The notes beneath the pieces are model-generated. The model ran no database searches. It had not been told where the DNA came from and was given only the letters and a program-made list of their open reading frames with translations. Source: Rhynchopus sp. YZ270_cl-10 (Eukaryota). From it: a stretch of 64,000 nt of DNA. Every line of letters begins with the position of its first letter. Position 1 is the first letter of the stretch. Shown one piece after another: positions 33,456 through 43,883 of this stretch. Location of the stretch: assembly GCA_964035575.1 (NCBI GenBank), contig OZ037835.1, positions 682,001 to 746,000 on the forward strand, read 5' to 3'. The translations under genes were made by a program, and so were the position numbers.

Positions 33456-36086
33456 TCAGTGCAGAAGCACAACGTACGGTGCATAAGCCTTCTGCTCCAC
33501 ATAGCCGGCAAGCTCTTCGTACTGTGTGCGTTGGTCCTGAGCGACGGTGTCCAGCAGAGAAGACGCCTTCTCAAAGTCCTGTTTGATGATGTGCTCGAAG
33601 ACCTCGTTCCACACTGCGTGCGGGTTGTTCACGGCAGACTCCAGCTGGTACATCCACTCCTCGTCTGCGCTGCTGCACAGCCCACGTACGGTAAACACGG
33701 TCTGTGCCTTCTCGCTCAGCTTCTCGTACAACATCGCACCAGCACAACGCAGTACCACCTGTCCCTCCGCCTCACGCGAAATGTTCTGGTCAACCACACC
33801 AGGGAGGTCACGCTTCTTGTTCCAACGCTCCATCACAACCACCCACGACATGGACTGCGAAAGAATCGACATCTTCTTCATCCCGTTGCAGCCCATGTTC
33901 CCGACACGTGCCTCGCCTGTCGTGCACCCGTACGAGATCTTGTGCACATCACCAAGTGCTGTTGCTGCTTCGTGTGCAGCCTTCACACAGGCAGCACTGT
34001 GCGAAGGCTTCGGAACAAAGGCGTTGAAGGTGGCAAGCATCTTGTCCCCTGCGAACGTGTCGCACACACCTTTGTTGTGCTGCACTGATGACATGATGTG
34101 CTCCACAATACCACCGTGTGCGGAGAGCACCTCTGCGTCCTTGTGCTTCTTGCAGAAGGCGTGCCACGACACGACGTTCATGTGTGCCAGCGACACCTTC
34201 TTCTTCTTCATCCCTTCCACACGCAGCAGTGCCTTCTGGTTCTGCAGCGTAACACCTGAATTACGTGACACACGTGAACTCTGTGACCCATGGGAATCCC
34301 GGGACTTGCCTGACTGCGACTTCATAGTCGAAGATTCCGTCTCTGACACGTACTCTTTGTCACTGTCGTTGACAAGCACACTCTGCGGCATGTAGTTCCG
34401 GTACTCCACCAGGTTCGCCACCATGGTAACAAAGCTGCGCTGCATCATCCCCACTTCACTCAGCTGCGACACTGCACGGCCCGTGTCCACAGCCTCCAGG
34501 TCCATCACAGCCACACTTGCCATCTCACTCCCAAGCTTCAGCAGAGGGGACGTGATGTAGCGTGTGAACACAACAGCAATGGCAAGAAGTCCTATGACCG
34601 CAACAGCCGTCACAATCACCATCACAATCACCGCATCCTCCTTCTGTGTGTCTGCAGAAGACAGATCTGATGCCACCTTCGCACGGATTGCATTCGTCGA
34701 CGCATCAATTGTCTCCATCACAGACACCCTCGGCACAAGAAGGTTCGCAAAAAATGTAATCGTTTTGTGTCGAATTGTCGTTGCCACTGTCCAGAACTCC
34801 GTGCCGTTCGAGTCAGACCACTTCAGGAAGGAGTCCTCTGTCATCTCCACAAGGTCTCTGTAGTTCTGTGGGTGTGTGAACACAAACCGCCCATGCTCTG
34901 CAATCACTGAGGGGATGTGCGACGTGGCGTCTTCCATTGAGTGGTTCGTAATGTTGAAGCTCATTGCCATCTGAGTAGACACGCCATTGAAATGTGAACG
35001 CGTTTCGAACCACAGATGCCTCCCTCTGTTGTACGCGACAAGCGTTCCCGTTGTGTCTGCTGCAGGGTCGTGCTCCACCAGGTACAGCGACGCGTCGGCT
35101 GGGAGCAGCTGTGACCTCACTGCCTCTGATATCCCTTCACCTGTCACCATCGCCATGACAGCACCCACACGCTTGCCCTGCTTGGGGTGCATCGTGTACA
35201 TCTCTGGGTGGGTGAAGGTGTAGCTCAACTCCCAGTGCATGAAGTCCCACTCCACCTGCGAAGTTGAGTAGATAAGTGTCTCTGTTGGGAACATGGGTGG
35301 GTCATCGGCACCCAGGTAGTAGATCTGATGGCCACGCGCTATCTGTCCTGGCGTGCCCACGGGCTCGCTTTGATCCATGCTAAATACGCAGACTCCGCGC
35401 CACTCCCCCTTGTTGTAGTCCGGCATCCAGTTGCACGGCATATCCGGGAACCTTCTGTCACCTCTATCGGTGGCTTCCCCGAAGGAGACCCAGTCAGATA
35501 TACCCACCGCCCCCGTCACATGGTCACGCATCTCGTACACCACGAGGACCTGGGAGCCGTTCGTAGGAGCTACACCACTCGCAGGGTTCACATCCCTGAA
35601 CGCTATGCGCGAGCCCCACCCTGCAAACCCGTCTCCCCTCTTCCACGGAACAGGATGTGCTGGGGACCACGGGTACGTTTCGTACCTAATCAATTCCAAT
35701 CCGGACGTCGTCCCAGCACGATAAGCGGACATCAAAGCAGGGCGCATAACCGCATCCGCAAAGGCGGGGCTCGTGCTGACGTTTGGGTGGTGCGCCTTCG
35801 CAAGGTTGGCCAGAGATAGCACCAGCTGCTCAGGCACCTTCAGGTACTCCTTCACCGCCGTGTCCACGTTGCCAAGGACGGAGCGCAGGTAGCGCGACGA
35901 GACCGTTTCGATGTCTGCCGTACCACTGTCGAGACACATCCCAAAGCCCTCATCACCTGTGTCACGTGCCTTCTCCAGAAGGTCGTCCCATGTTGACAGA
36001 GTGAAGCCACCGATGATCGCACCTGTCGACAGAATCAGCACCACACACAGCAGCACTGTCAGCGACTGGATGCTGCATGTCGCCAT
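33456..36086 (-). CDS. Receptor-type cyclase-like protein, copy 3
   Basis: 876 aa from the MATCSIQ start shared by all copies; the upstream extension in the ORF track is spacer read-through. Confidence 0.9.
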   Translation of the reverse strand: MATCSIQSLTVLLCVVLILSTGAIIGGFTLSTWDDLLEKARDTGDEGFGMCLDSGTADIETVSSRYLRSVLGNVDTAVKEYLKVPEQLVLSLANLAKAHHPNVSTSPAFADAVMRPALMSAYRAGTTSGLELIRYETYPWSPAHPVPWKRGDGFAGWGSRIAFRDVNPASGVAPTNGSQVLVVYEMRDHVTGAVGISDWVSFGEATDRGDRRFPDMPCNWMPDYNKGEWRGVCVFSMDQSEPVGTPGQIARGHQIYYLGADDPPMFPTETLIYSTSQVEWDFMHWELSYTFTHPEMYTMHPKQGKRVGAVMAMVTGEGISEAVRSQLLPADASLYLVEHDPAADTTGTLVAYNRGRHLWFETRSHFNGVSTQMAMSFNITNHSMEDATSHIPSVIAEHGRFVFTHPQNYRDLVEMTEDSFLKWSDSNGTEFWTVATTIRHKTITFFANLLVPRVSVMETIDASTNAIRAKVASDLSSADTQKEDAVIVMVIVTAVAVIGLLAIAVVFTRYITSPLLKLGSEMASVAVMDLEAVDTGRAVSQLSEVGMMQRSFVTMVANLVEYRNYMPQSVLVNDSDKEYVSETESSTMKSQSGKSRDSHGSQSSRVSRNSGVTLQNQKALLRVEGMKKKKVSLAHMNVVSWHAFCKKHKDAEVLSAHGGIVEHIMSSVQHNKGVCDTFAGDKMLATFNAFVPKPSHSAACVKAAHEAATALGDVHKISYGCTTGEARVGNMGCNGMKKMSILSQSMSWVVVMERWNKKRDLPGVVDQNISREAEGQVVLRCAGAMLYEKLSEKAQTVFTVRGLCSSADEEWMYQLESAVNNPHAVWNEVFEHIIKQDFEKASSLLDTVAQDQRTQYEELAGYVEQKAYAPYVVLLH

Positions 36087-36934
36087 TGTTCTGAGGTGTA
36101 CAAGAAGGGAAGACTGTGCTGGGGATGTGTGTGTGGTGTGGTGTGTGGGTTCTCTTTGTGATGACTTATGAGGAAAACGTTCTTTTTTGTATTGCGGCGA
36201 AGATAGCCGCTGAGGTATTGTGGTCATGAGGGGGACTGGGGAGCACAGCACAAATAATCCTGATGGTGGTAACAACCAACGTTGACAAAGGAAGTGCTTA
36301 GCAATAACAACAATGGGCACGTAGCTTAGCTAAACGGTGACCGTTACAAATGAAAAATAATACTACCTACATTCTACCTTTTTTACCGACGTGATGTTCA
36401 TTGACACATCTTGACAGGTAGTTGCCGTGGGGTGTGTAATCAACAACAAGATAAAACAATGAAGAAACAAAAACCAACACGTATGGAACAAACAATGGAG
36501 AGGATAAAAGTTTTCCTGAATGACGCTTGCATTTTTAGGCTAGTTGACGCCACGGGTCGGTTTAGGAAATTTGTCCATTTTTCTGGAAAATCGTGTCCCA
36601 TACCCCCCCATACCGCCCTCAAATGCCCCCAAACCCTCCAAAACCCTCGCGAACCCTCGCATACCCTACCATACCCAACCATACCCTCCCATACCGCACG
36701 TTTGCCTTTTTTTTGGGATAATCATGTCCCATACCGTGCCATACCGTGCCATGCCCTGCCATACCGTGCCAAACCCTGCCATACCCGTGCCAAACCGTGC
36801 CATACCGTGCCATACCCTGCCATACCCGTGCCAAACCGTGCCATACCGTGCCATACCATGCCAAACCCTGCCATACCGTGCCATCCCGTGCCAACCCGTG
36901 CCATACCCTGCCATACCCTCCCGGTACTGGGTAC

Positions 36935-37227
36935 TGGCTAATGGCTAATGGCTAATGGCTAATGGCTAATGGCTAATGGCTAATGGCTAATGGCTAATGG
37001 CTAATGGCTAATGGCTAATGGCTAATGGCTAATGGCTAATGGCTAATGGCTAATGGCTAATGGCTAATGGCTAATGGCTAATGGCTAATGGCTAATGGCT
37101 AATGGCTAATGGCTAATGGCTAATGGCTAATGGCTAATGGCTAATGGCTAATGGCTAATGGCTAATGGCTAATGGCTAATGGCTAATGGCTAATGGCTAA
37201 TGGCTAATGGCTAATGGCTAATGGCTA
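36935..37227. repeat. (TGGCTAA)n, ~41 copies
   Basis: Direct reading. Confidence 0.97.
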
Positions 37228-37230
37228 CCC

Positions 37231-37659
37231 TGTGTATACTGTGTATACTGTGTATACTGTGTATACTGTGTATACTGTGTATACTGTGTATACTGTGTAT
37301 ACTGTGTATACTGTGTATACTGTGTATACTGTGTATACTGTGTATACTGTGTATACTGTGTATACTGTGTATACTGTGTATACTGTGTATACTGTGTATA
37401 CTGTGTATACTGTGTATACTGTGTATACTGTGTATACTGTGTATACTGTGTATACTGTGTATACTGTGTATACTGTGTATACTGTGTATACTGTGTATAC
37501 TGTGTATACTGTGTATACTGTGTATACTGTGTATACTGTGTATACTGTGTATACTGTGTATACTGTGTATACTGTGTATACTGTGTATACTGTGTATACT
37601 GTGTATACTGTGTATACTGTGTATACTGTGTATACTGTGTATACTGTGTATACTGTGTA
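37231..37659. repeat. (TGTGTATAC)n, ~47 copies (reverse complement of the 23097 array)
   Basis: Direct reading. Confidence 0.97.
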
Positions 37660-38354
37660 CCTACCCTCCCCCGTGCATAAGTCCGACCCTCATTACCCGT
37701 GCATAAGTCCGATGACCCGTGTATAAGTCCGGGCAGATTTGGGCTCAGGATCGGACTTATGCACAGGCCGACTTATGCACCGGTTTTGTGTACTGGTGGT
37801 GGGGAGAAATATTTTTAGAGCGTTTTCCCCGCTCGCGAAGCGAGCGGGGAAAAAAAATTGGGATGTTTTTCTGCGAGCGAAGCGAGCGCAATTTTATTTT
37901 TATTGGCAATGCATTCACCAGGGATCATCTTCACGCTTCTCATGTCAAAACATCATCCTCACAATTCTCAAAGATGTGAACCTGTACTGCAAAATTGTGG
38001 AAAACTTTGCACCCCAAACAGTCTCAACAGACAAAAGGTGCCCCTTGGGTGTTGGTTCTCATGTTTGATACCTGCACAGCAGGCATTCCTCTGAGTCCAA
38101 CGCTGTTTGGACTACCTGCGGCGTTGTACCGAAGGTGCACGAAGACAGGGTAAAATTTTGTGGTGTCACATTCCCTCATGTGTGGGTCACTCACACTGAG
38201 GTCATGTGACACTGCATGGGTCTGGGTACCTGGGTGCACGGTGTATAAGTCCGATACCCGTGCATAAGTCTGATACCCCGTGTATAAGTCCGGAGGCCCT
38301 CAGCACCCCCAAAAATCGGACTTATACGCAGACTTATGCACGGGGGGGGGTAGG
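37660..38354. mobile_element. MITE with CATAAGTC subterminal repeats
   Basis: TIR CCTACCC.CCCCGTGCATAAGTC/GACTTATGCACGGGG..GGTAGG; TA (or GTAC) duplication; removing it restores the junction seen at ~23090. Confidence 0.8.
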
Positions 38355-38604
38355 TACTGCGAAAATTGACCAAAAACGAGAACTTGTCCATTTCGGCAAA
38401 TTGACCCCACCACTGTCCGGACGGATTCCGGAAATGCAAATGCCGGCGTTTAAAAGCTCACCAGCGAAAAAAAAGAAATTTTTCCAACATCTGGAACCCC
38501 CCTTTACGGAGCGACAACCGGTAGAAACACGGGGAATCGGTTAAGGCGCCACACCATTGAAACAAACTTTTTCAATACCCTGCCATACCATGCCATACCC
38601 TCCC

Positions 38605-38740
38605 GGTACTGGGTACTGGGTACTGGGTACTGGGTACTGGGTACTGGGTACTGGGTACTGGGTACTGGGTACTGGGTACTGGGTACTGGGTACTGGGTAC
38701 TGGGTACTGGGTACTGGGTACTGGGTACTGGGTACTGGGT
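38605..38740. repeat. (GGGTACT)n, ~19 copies
   Basis: Direct reading. Confidence 0.95.
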
Positions 38741-39265
38741 AATGGCTAATGGCTAATGGCTACCCGTGCCACACTGTGCCACACCCTGCCATACCGTGCC
38801 ATACCCGTGCCAAACCGTGCCATACCCTGCCATACCCTGCCACACCCTGCCATACCGTGCCATACCGTGCCACACCCGTGCCAAACCGTGCCACACCCTG
38901 CCATACCCTGCCACACCCGTGCCAAACCGTGCCAAACCCTGCCATACCCTGCCACACCGTGCCAAACCGTGCCATACCCTGCCATACCCTACCATACCCT
39001 ACCATACCCTGCCCTACCCTTACTAACCCTCTCAAACCCCCCCAAATCTGCCCAAATCCTCTCAAACCCTCCCAAACCCAAATGTCCGTGACGTCAACTA
39101 GCCTAATTTTGGGATAATACAAGCTGTTTGACAAAAGAAACGCGAGCTTATTGCTAATGTTCAGAAAAATGACCCTAGACACTTTCGTGCAGAGGTGGGC
39201 ACCGTTGGACTTCAAGGTGACGGGATGGCAAGACTCAAACTGCGGTATCAAGAACAACACCATTA

Positions 39266-39502
39266 CTGGGGGGTCGAATAGTAGATCCCCCCTGTATAAT
39301 TTTTTCCCCCACATATTACCACAACTACTCAAAACATGAAATCTGCTGCTTTATTGGACTCATCGGGCATTTTTGTGACCTGGACATGGGGGTCAGACTC
39401 CACTTTCGAGCACCTAAAATAGGGTCAAAAAAATTGGAGTCTAAAATTTAGGGGGGGATCTACTATTCAAAGGGGGGGTCTACTATTCGACCCCTCCCCC
39501 AG
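39266..39502. mobile_element. 237-bp Tc1/mariner-type MITE
   Basis: TIR CTGGGGG..GGTCGAATAGTAGA; TA TSD; empty site ACACCATTAACAACAC at ~46975 and ~54565. Confidence 0.88.
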
Positions 39503-41065
39503 TAACAACACATTTCTGTCTTGTGTAACAAACAACTATGCCAACACCGCTTGCCGGCAGAGCAAGGAGCAAATAATACATTAGGCGTGGAAACGCTTCA
39601 GAAACATATTACCGGGGGTCACTCATTAATATCACATTTCCATCCCCAAAAGTGTCTGGAATAAGTGACTAGTAACAATGGGAAAGAAATATCATTTTAT
39701 GATTACATGCAATGCTAAAAGGAAATTGAACACCGCACCCTACTCCCATCCTTTCTCATCGGGGCGGGTTGGAGTAGAGCCACATTTCACCGACAGGTCG
39801 AGGTGTGTGCGTTTCACCACAACCTCTCCCTTTTGTCTTTATTGTTTTTATTGCTTTATTGTTTTCGGGGGTGGGGGAAACATAAAAAGGAAAAGTAGGG
39901 TGCGGTTTCAATTTTATTCCGATTTACAAAATAGTGGTCCCCAAGCAGCCAAAAAACAGTGAATAAGAACTTCTTGGACAAATCAACACTGCACTAAGCG
40001 AACCATGCAGCAAAATGCTGTCCGCGGCTTAGTTGTTCCCAGGTTGTTGTGTGTCAGGAGTTTGGCCCATTCGGCCTTGTACCTTCCAGTTTTTTTTTAT
40101 ACCTAAAGCGTAGCTTAAAGGAGAAATAGTTCCTCAGATACGGTCGCCAATCACCCCTCCAACAGGGTAATTGTGCAATCAACGAAAAAACCTTTTTTTC
40201 CCTTTTACTTACCTATCAGAGTTACTATTTTTGTAGTTTGCCAATCCGTTCTCGTGCGCAGTCTGCATCTTCTGCTTAAGTTATTGGGAAAATAGCTATC
40301 ATTGGGGTAAACTTATTCGGGGGCACCCTTTGAATGGTAACGGGCTAGCAAATGGTACATTGAAGCAAATGGTATGCAGTGGGGGTGTTCATGCTTGACA
40401 TAAGGCAGCCGTATTTTTTCACTTCTACAGGTGCGCTTCACCTGCTGCACATAATTCACCTCGCTTCGCTGGGCAAATACTTTTACATGGTCCCTCGCTT
40501 CGCTCGGGACCCATTTGTGCAGAAGGTAACTCGCGCGACCTGTAGCATAAAAAATAGTCCCATTATGTCTTATTGGTTTGTCGGGGATGGGGAAACACAA
40601 AAGGAAAAGTCTGAGTGCGGTGGTCAATTATTGTGTAAGAAACAACTATGACAACACCGCTCGCCGGCAGAGCAAGGAGCAAATAATACATTAGGCGTGG
40701 AAACGCCTCAGAGAACACATATAACGGTGGGTCACTAATGAAGAACACATTTCCATCCCCAAAAAGTGTCGGAAGAAGTTACCAGTATATGCTATATGAT
40801 CGTTCTTGCTTTGCATTGATGCGTCCACACCAGAAGAAACTTATTGTCTGTGAGGTATGAAGCTGGTGTAGAGCACAGACATGGGATGGCGAGGGGCTGT
40901 CTATGTGGGAGGCGAAAAGGGGTACAAAAGGAACCAACGTCATTCCCAAATTCAATCGCGACATAAATGTTCCTCGTACATTGCATGTCCCTAAAAATGC
41001 TCGAGAGACTCGTTACTCTTTGCTTGTTGCTCAAGACTATAAACGGGAAGGGGGGTAAATAAAGG

Positions 41066-41253
41066 TTGTTTGTTGTTTGTTGTTTGTTGTTTGTTGTTTG
41101 TTGTTTGTTGTTTGTTGTTTGTTGTTTGTTGTTTGTTGTTTGTTGTTTGTTGTTTGTTGTTTGTTGTTTGTTGTTTGTTGTTTGTTGTTTGTTGTTTGTT
41201 GTTTGTTGTTTGTTGTTTGTTGTTTGTTGTTTGTTGTTTGTTGTTTGTTGTTT
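41066..41253. repeat. (TTGTTGT)n, ~27 copies
   Basis: Direct reading; unexpanded seed at the homologous sites ~50905 and ~4432. Confidence 0.95.
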
Positions 41254-43883
41254 ATACAACGTCTACGCAAACAAAAGCAACCTCAGTGCAGGTGCACAAC
41301 GTACGGTGCATAAGCCTTCTGCTCCACATAGCCGGCAAGCTCTTCGTACTGTGTGCGTTGGTCCTGAGCGACGGTGTCCAGCAGAGAAGACGCCTTCTCA
41401 AACTCCTGTTTGATGATGAGCTCGAAGACCTCGTTCCACCGAGCATGAGGGTTGTTCACGGCAGACTCCAGCTGGTACATCCACTCCTCATCTGCGCTGC
41501 TGCACAGCCCACGTACGGTAAACACGGTCTGTGCCTTCTCGCTCAGCTTCTCGTACAGCATCGCACCAGCACAACGCAGTACCACCTGTCCCTCCGCCTC
41601 ACGCAACACCTTCTGGTCAACGACACCAGGCAGCTCGTTGTACTCCTTGTTCCAACGCTCCATCACAACCACCCACGACATGGACTGCGAAAGAATCGAC
41701 ATCTTCTTCATCCCGTTGCAGCCCATGTTCCCGACACGTGCCTCGCCTGTCGTGCACCCATACGAGATCTTGTGTGCATCCCCAAGTGCTGTTGCCACTT
41801 CGTGTGCAGCCTTCACACAGGCAGCACTGTGCGACGGCTTCGGAACAAAGGCGTTGAAGGTGGCAAGCATCTTGTCCCCTGCGAACGTGTCGCACACACC
41901 TTTGTTGTGCTGCACTGATGACATGATGTGCTCCACAATACCACCGTGTGCGGAGAGCACCTCTGCGTCCTTGTGCTTCTTGCAGAAGGCGTGCCACGAC
42001 ACGACGTTCATGTGTGCCAGCGACACCTTCTTCTTCTTCATCCCTTCCACACGCAGCAGTGCCTTCTGGTTCTGCATCGCAGCAACTGAATTGCGTGACA
42101 CACGTGATCCAGCAGAAGAGGAAAAACCAGACCTCCGCGACTTCATAGTCGAAGATGCCTCTGACACGGATGCTTCCTTATCATTGTCACTGTCGTTGAC
42201 AAGCACACTCTGCGGCATGTAGTTCCGGTACTCCACCAGGTTCGCCACCATGGTAACAAAGCTGCACTGCATCATCCCGACTTCACTCAGCTGCGACACT
42301 GCACGGCCCGTGTCCACAGCCTCCAGGTCCATCACAGCCACACTTGCCATCTCACTCCCAAGCTTCAGCAGAGGGGACGTGATGTAGCGTGTGAACACAA
42401 CAGCAATGGCAAGAAGTCCTATGACCGCAACAGCCGTCACAACCACCATCACAATCACCGCATCCTCCTTCTGTGCGTCTGCAGAGGACAGATCTGATGC
42501 CACCTTCGCACGGATTGCATTCGTCGACGCATCAATTGTCTCCATCACAGACACCCTCGGCACAAGAAGGTTCGCGAATAATTTGATCGTTTTGTGTTGA
42601 ATTGTCGTTGCCACTGTCCAGAACTCCGTGCCGTTCGAGTCAGACCACTTCAGGAAGGAGTCCTCTGTCATCTCCACAAGGTCTCTGTAGTTCTGTGGGT
42701 GTGTGAACACAAACCGCCCATGCTCTGCAATCACTGAGGGGATGTGCCACGTCGCGTCTTCCATTGAGTGGTTCGTTATGTTGAATCCCACTGACATATC
42801 AATTGGAACGCCCTGGTTACTCACGCGATTTTCGAACCACATATGCCTTCCTCTGTTGTACGCGACAAGCGTTCCCGTTGAGTCAGCTGCAGGGTCGTGC
42901 TCCACCAGGTACAGCGACGTGCCGGCTGGGAGCAGCTGTGATCTCACTGCCTCTGATACCCCGGTCCCGGTCACAAACGCGGTAACGACACCCATACGCT
43001 TGCCCTGCTTGGGGTGCATCATGTACATCTCTGGGTGGGTGAAGGTGTAGCTCAGCTCCCAGTTCATGAAGTCGAATGTAATCTGCAGAGATGAGTAGAT
43101 CAGTGTCTCCGCAGGGAACATGGGTGGGTCATCGGCACCCAGGTAGTAGATCTGTTTGCCACGGGATATCGCGAGTGTCGTGCCCGGGGGCTCGCTTGAG
43201 TCTAAGGGAAATGCGCACCCACCACGCCACTCCCCCTTGTTGTAGTCCGGCCTCCAGTTGCACGGCAGATGTGGGAACTTTCTGTCGCCTCTATCGGTGG
43301 CTTCCGCTAAGGAGACCCAGTCAGATATACCCACCGCCCCCGTCACATGGTCACGCATCTCGTACACCAGGAGGACCTGGGAGCCGTTCGTCGGAGCTAT
43401 ACCCATCGCAGAGTTCACATCCCTGAACCCCATCCGCGAGCCCCACCCTGCAAACCCGTCCCCCCTCTTCCACGGAACAGGATGTGCTGGGGACCACGGG
43501 TACGTTTCGTACGAAATGTATTCCAATCCGGACGTCGTCCCAGCACGATAAGCGGACATCAAAGCAGGGCGCATAACCGTATCCGCAAAGGCGGGGCTCG
43601 TGCTGACGTTTGGGTGGTGCGCCTTCGCAAGGTTAGCCAGAGTTACCACGAGTTGCTCAGGAACCTTCAGGTACTCCTTCACCGCAGTGTCCACGTTGCC
43701 AAGGACGGAGCGCAGGTAGCGCGACGAGACCGTTTCGATGTCTGCCGTACCACTGTCGAGACACATCCCAAAGCCCTCGTCACCTGTGTCACGTGCCTTC
43801 TCCAGAAGGTCGTCCCATGTTGACAGAGTGAAGCCACCGATGATCGCACCTGTCGACAGAATCAGCACCACACACAGCAGCAC

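Larger units (their letters stand above)
36536..39105. mobile_element. Non-autonomous TIR element D with 10-bp minisatellites
   Basis: TIR TAGGCTAGTTGACG.CACGG; ATTTT on both flanks; empty site at ~46811-46835; (TGCCATACC[C/G])n arrays at ~36728-36920 and ~38760-39010. Confidence 0.85.

Noticed and set aside
36087..36320. N-terminal extension of copy 3
   Set aside because: Read-through of spacer; the frame is not conserved in other copies.
36935..37227. Interstitial telomere
   Set aside because: The unit is not TTAGGG-like and grades into the neighbouring GGGTACT satellite; the host telomere repeat is unknown, so this is not claimed.
38535..38555. GGTTAAGGCGCCA resembling a tRNA D-arm
   Set aside because: No cloverleaf or T-loop (B box) could be built around it.
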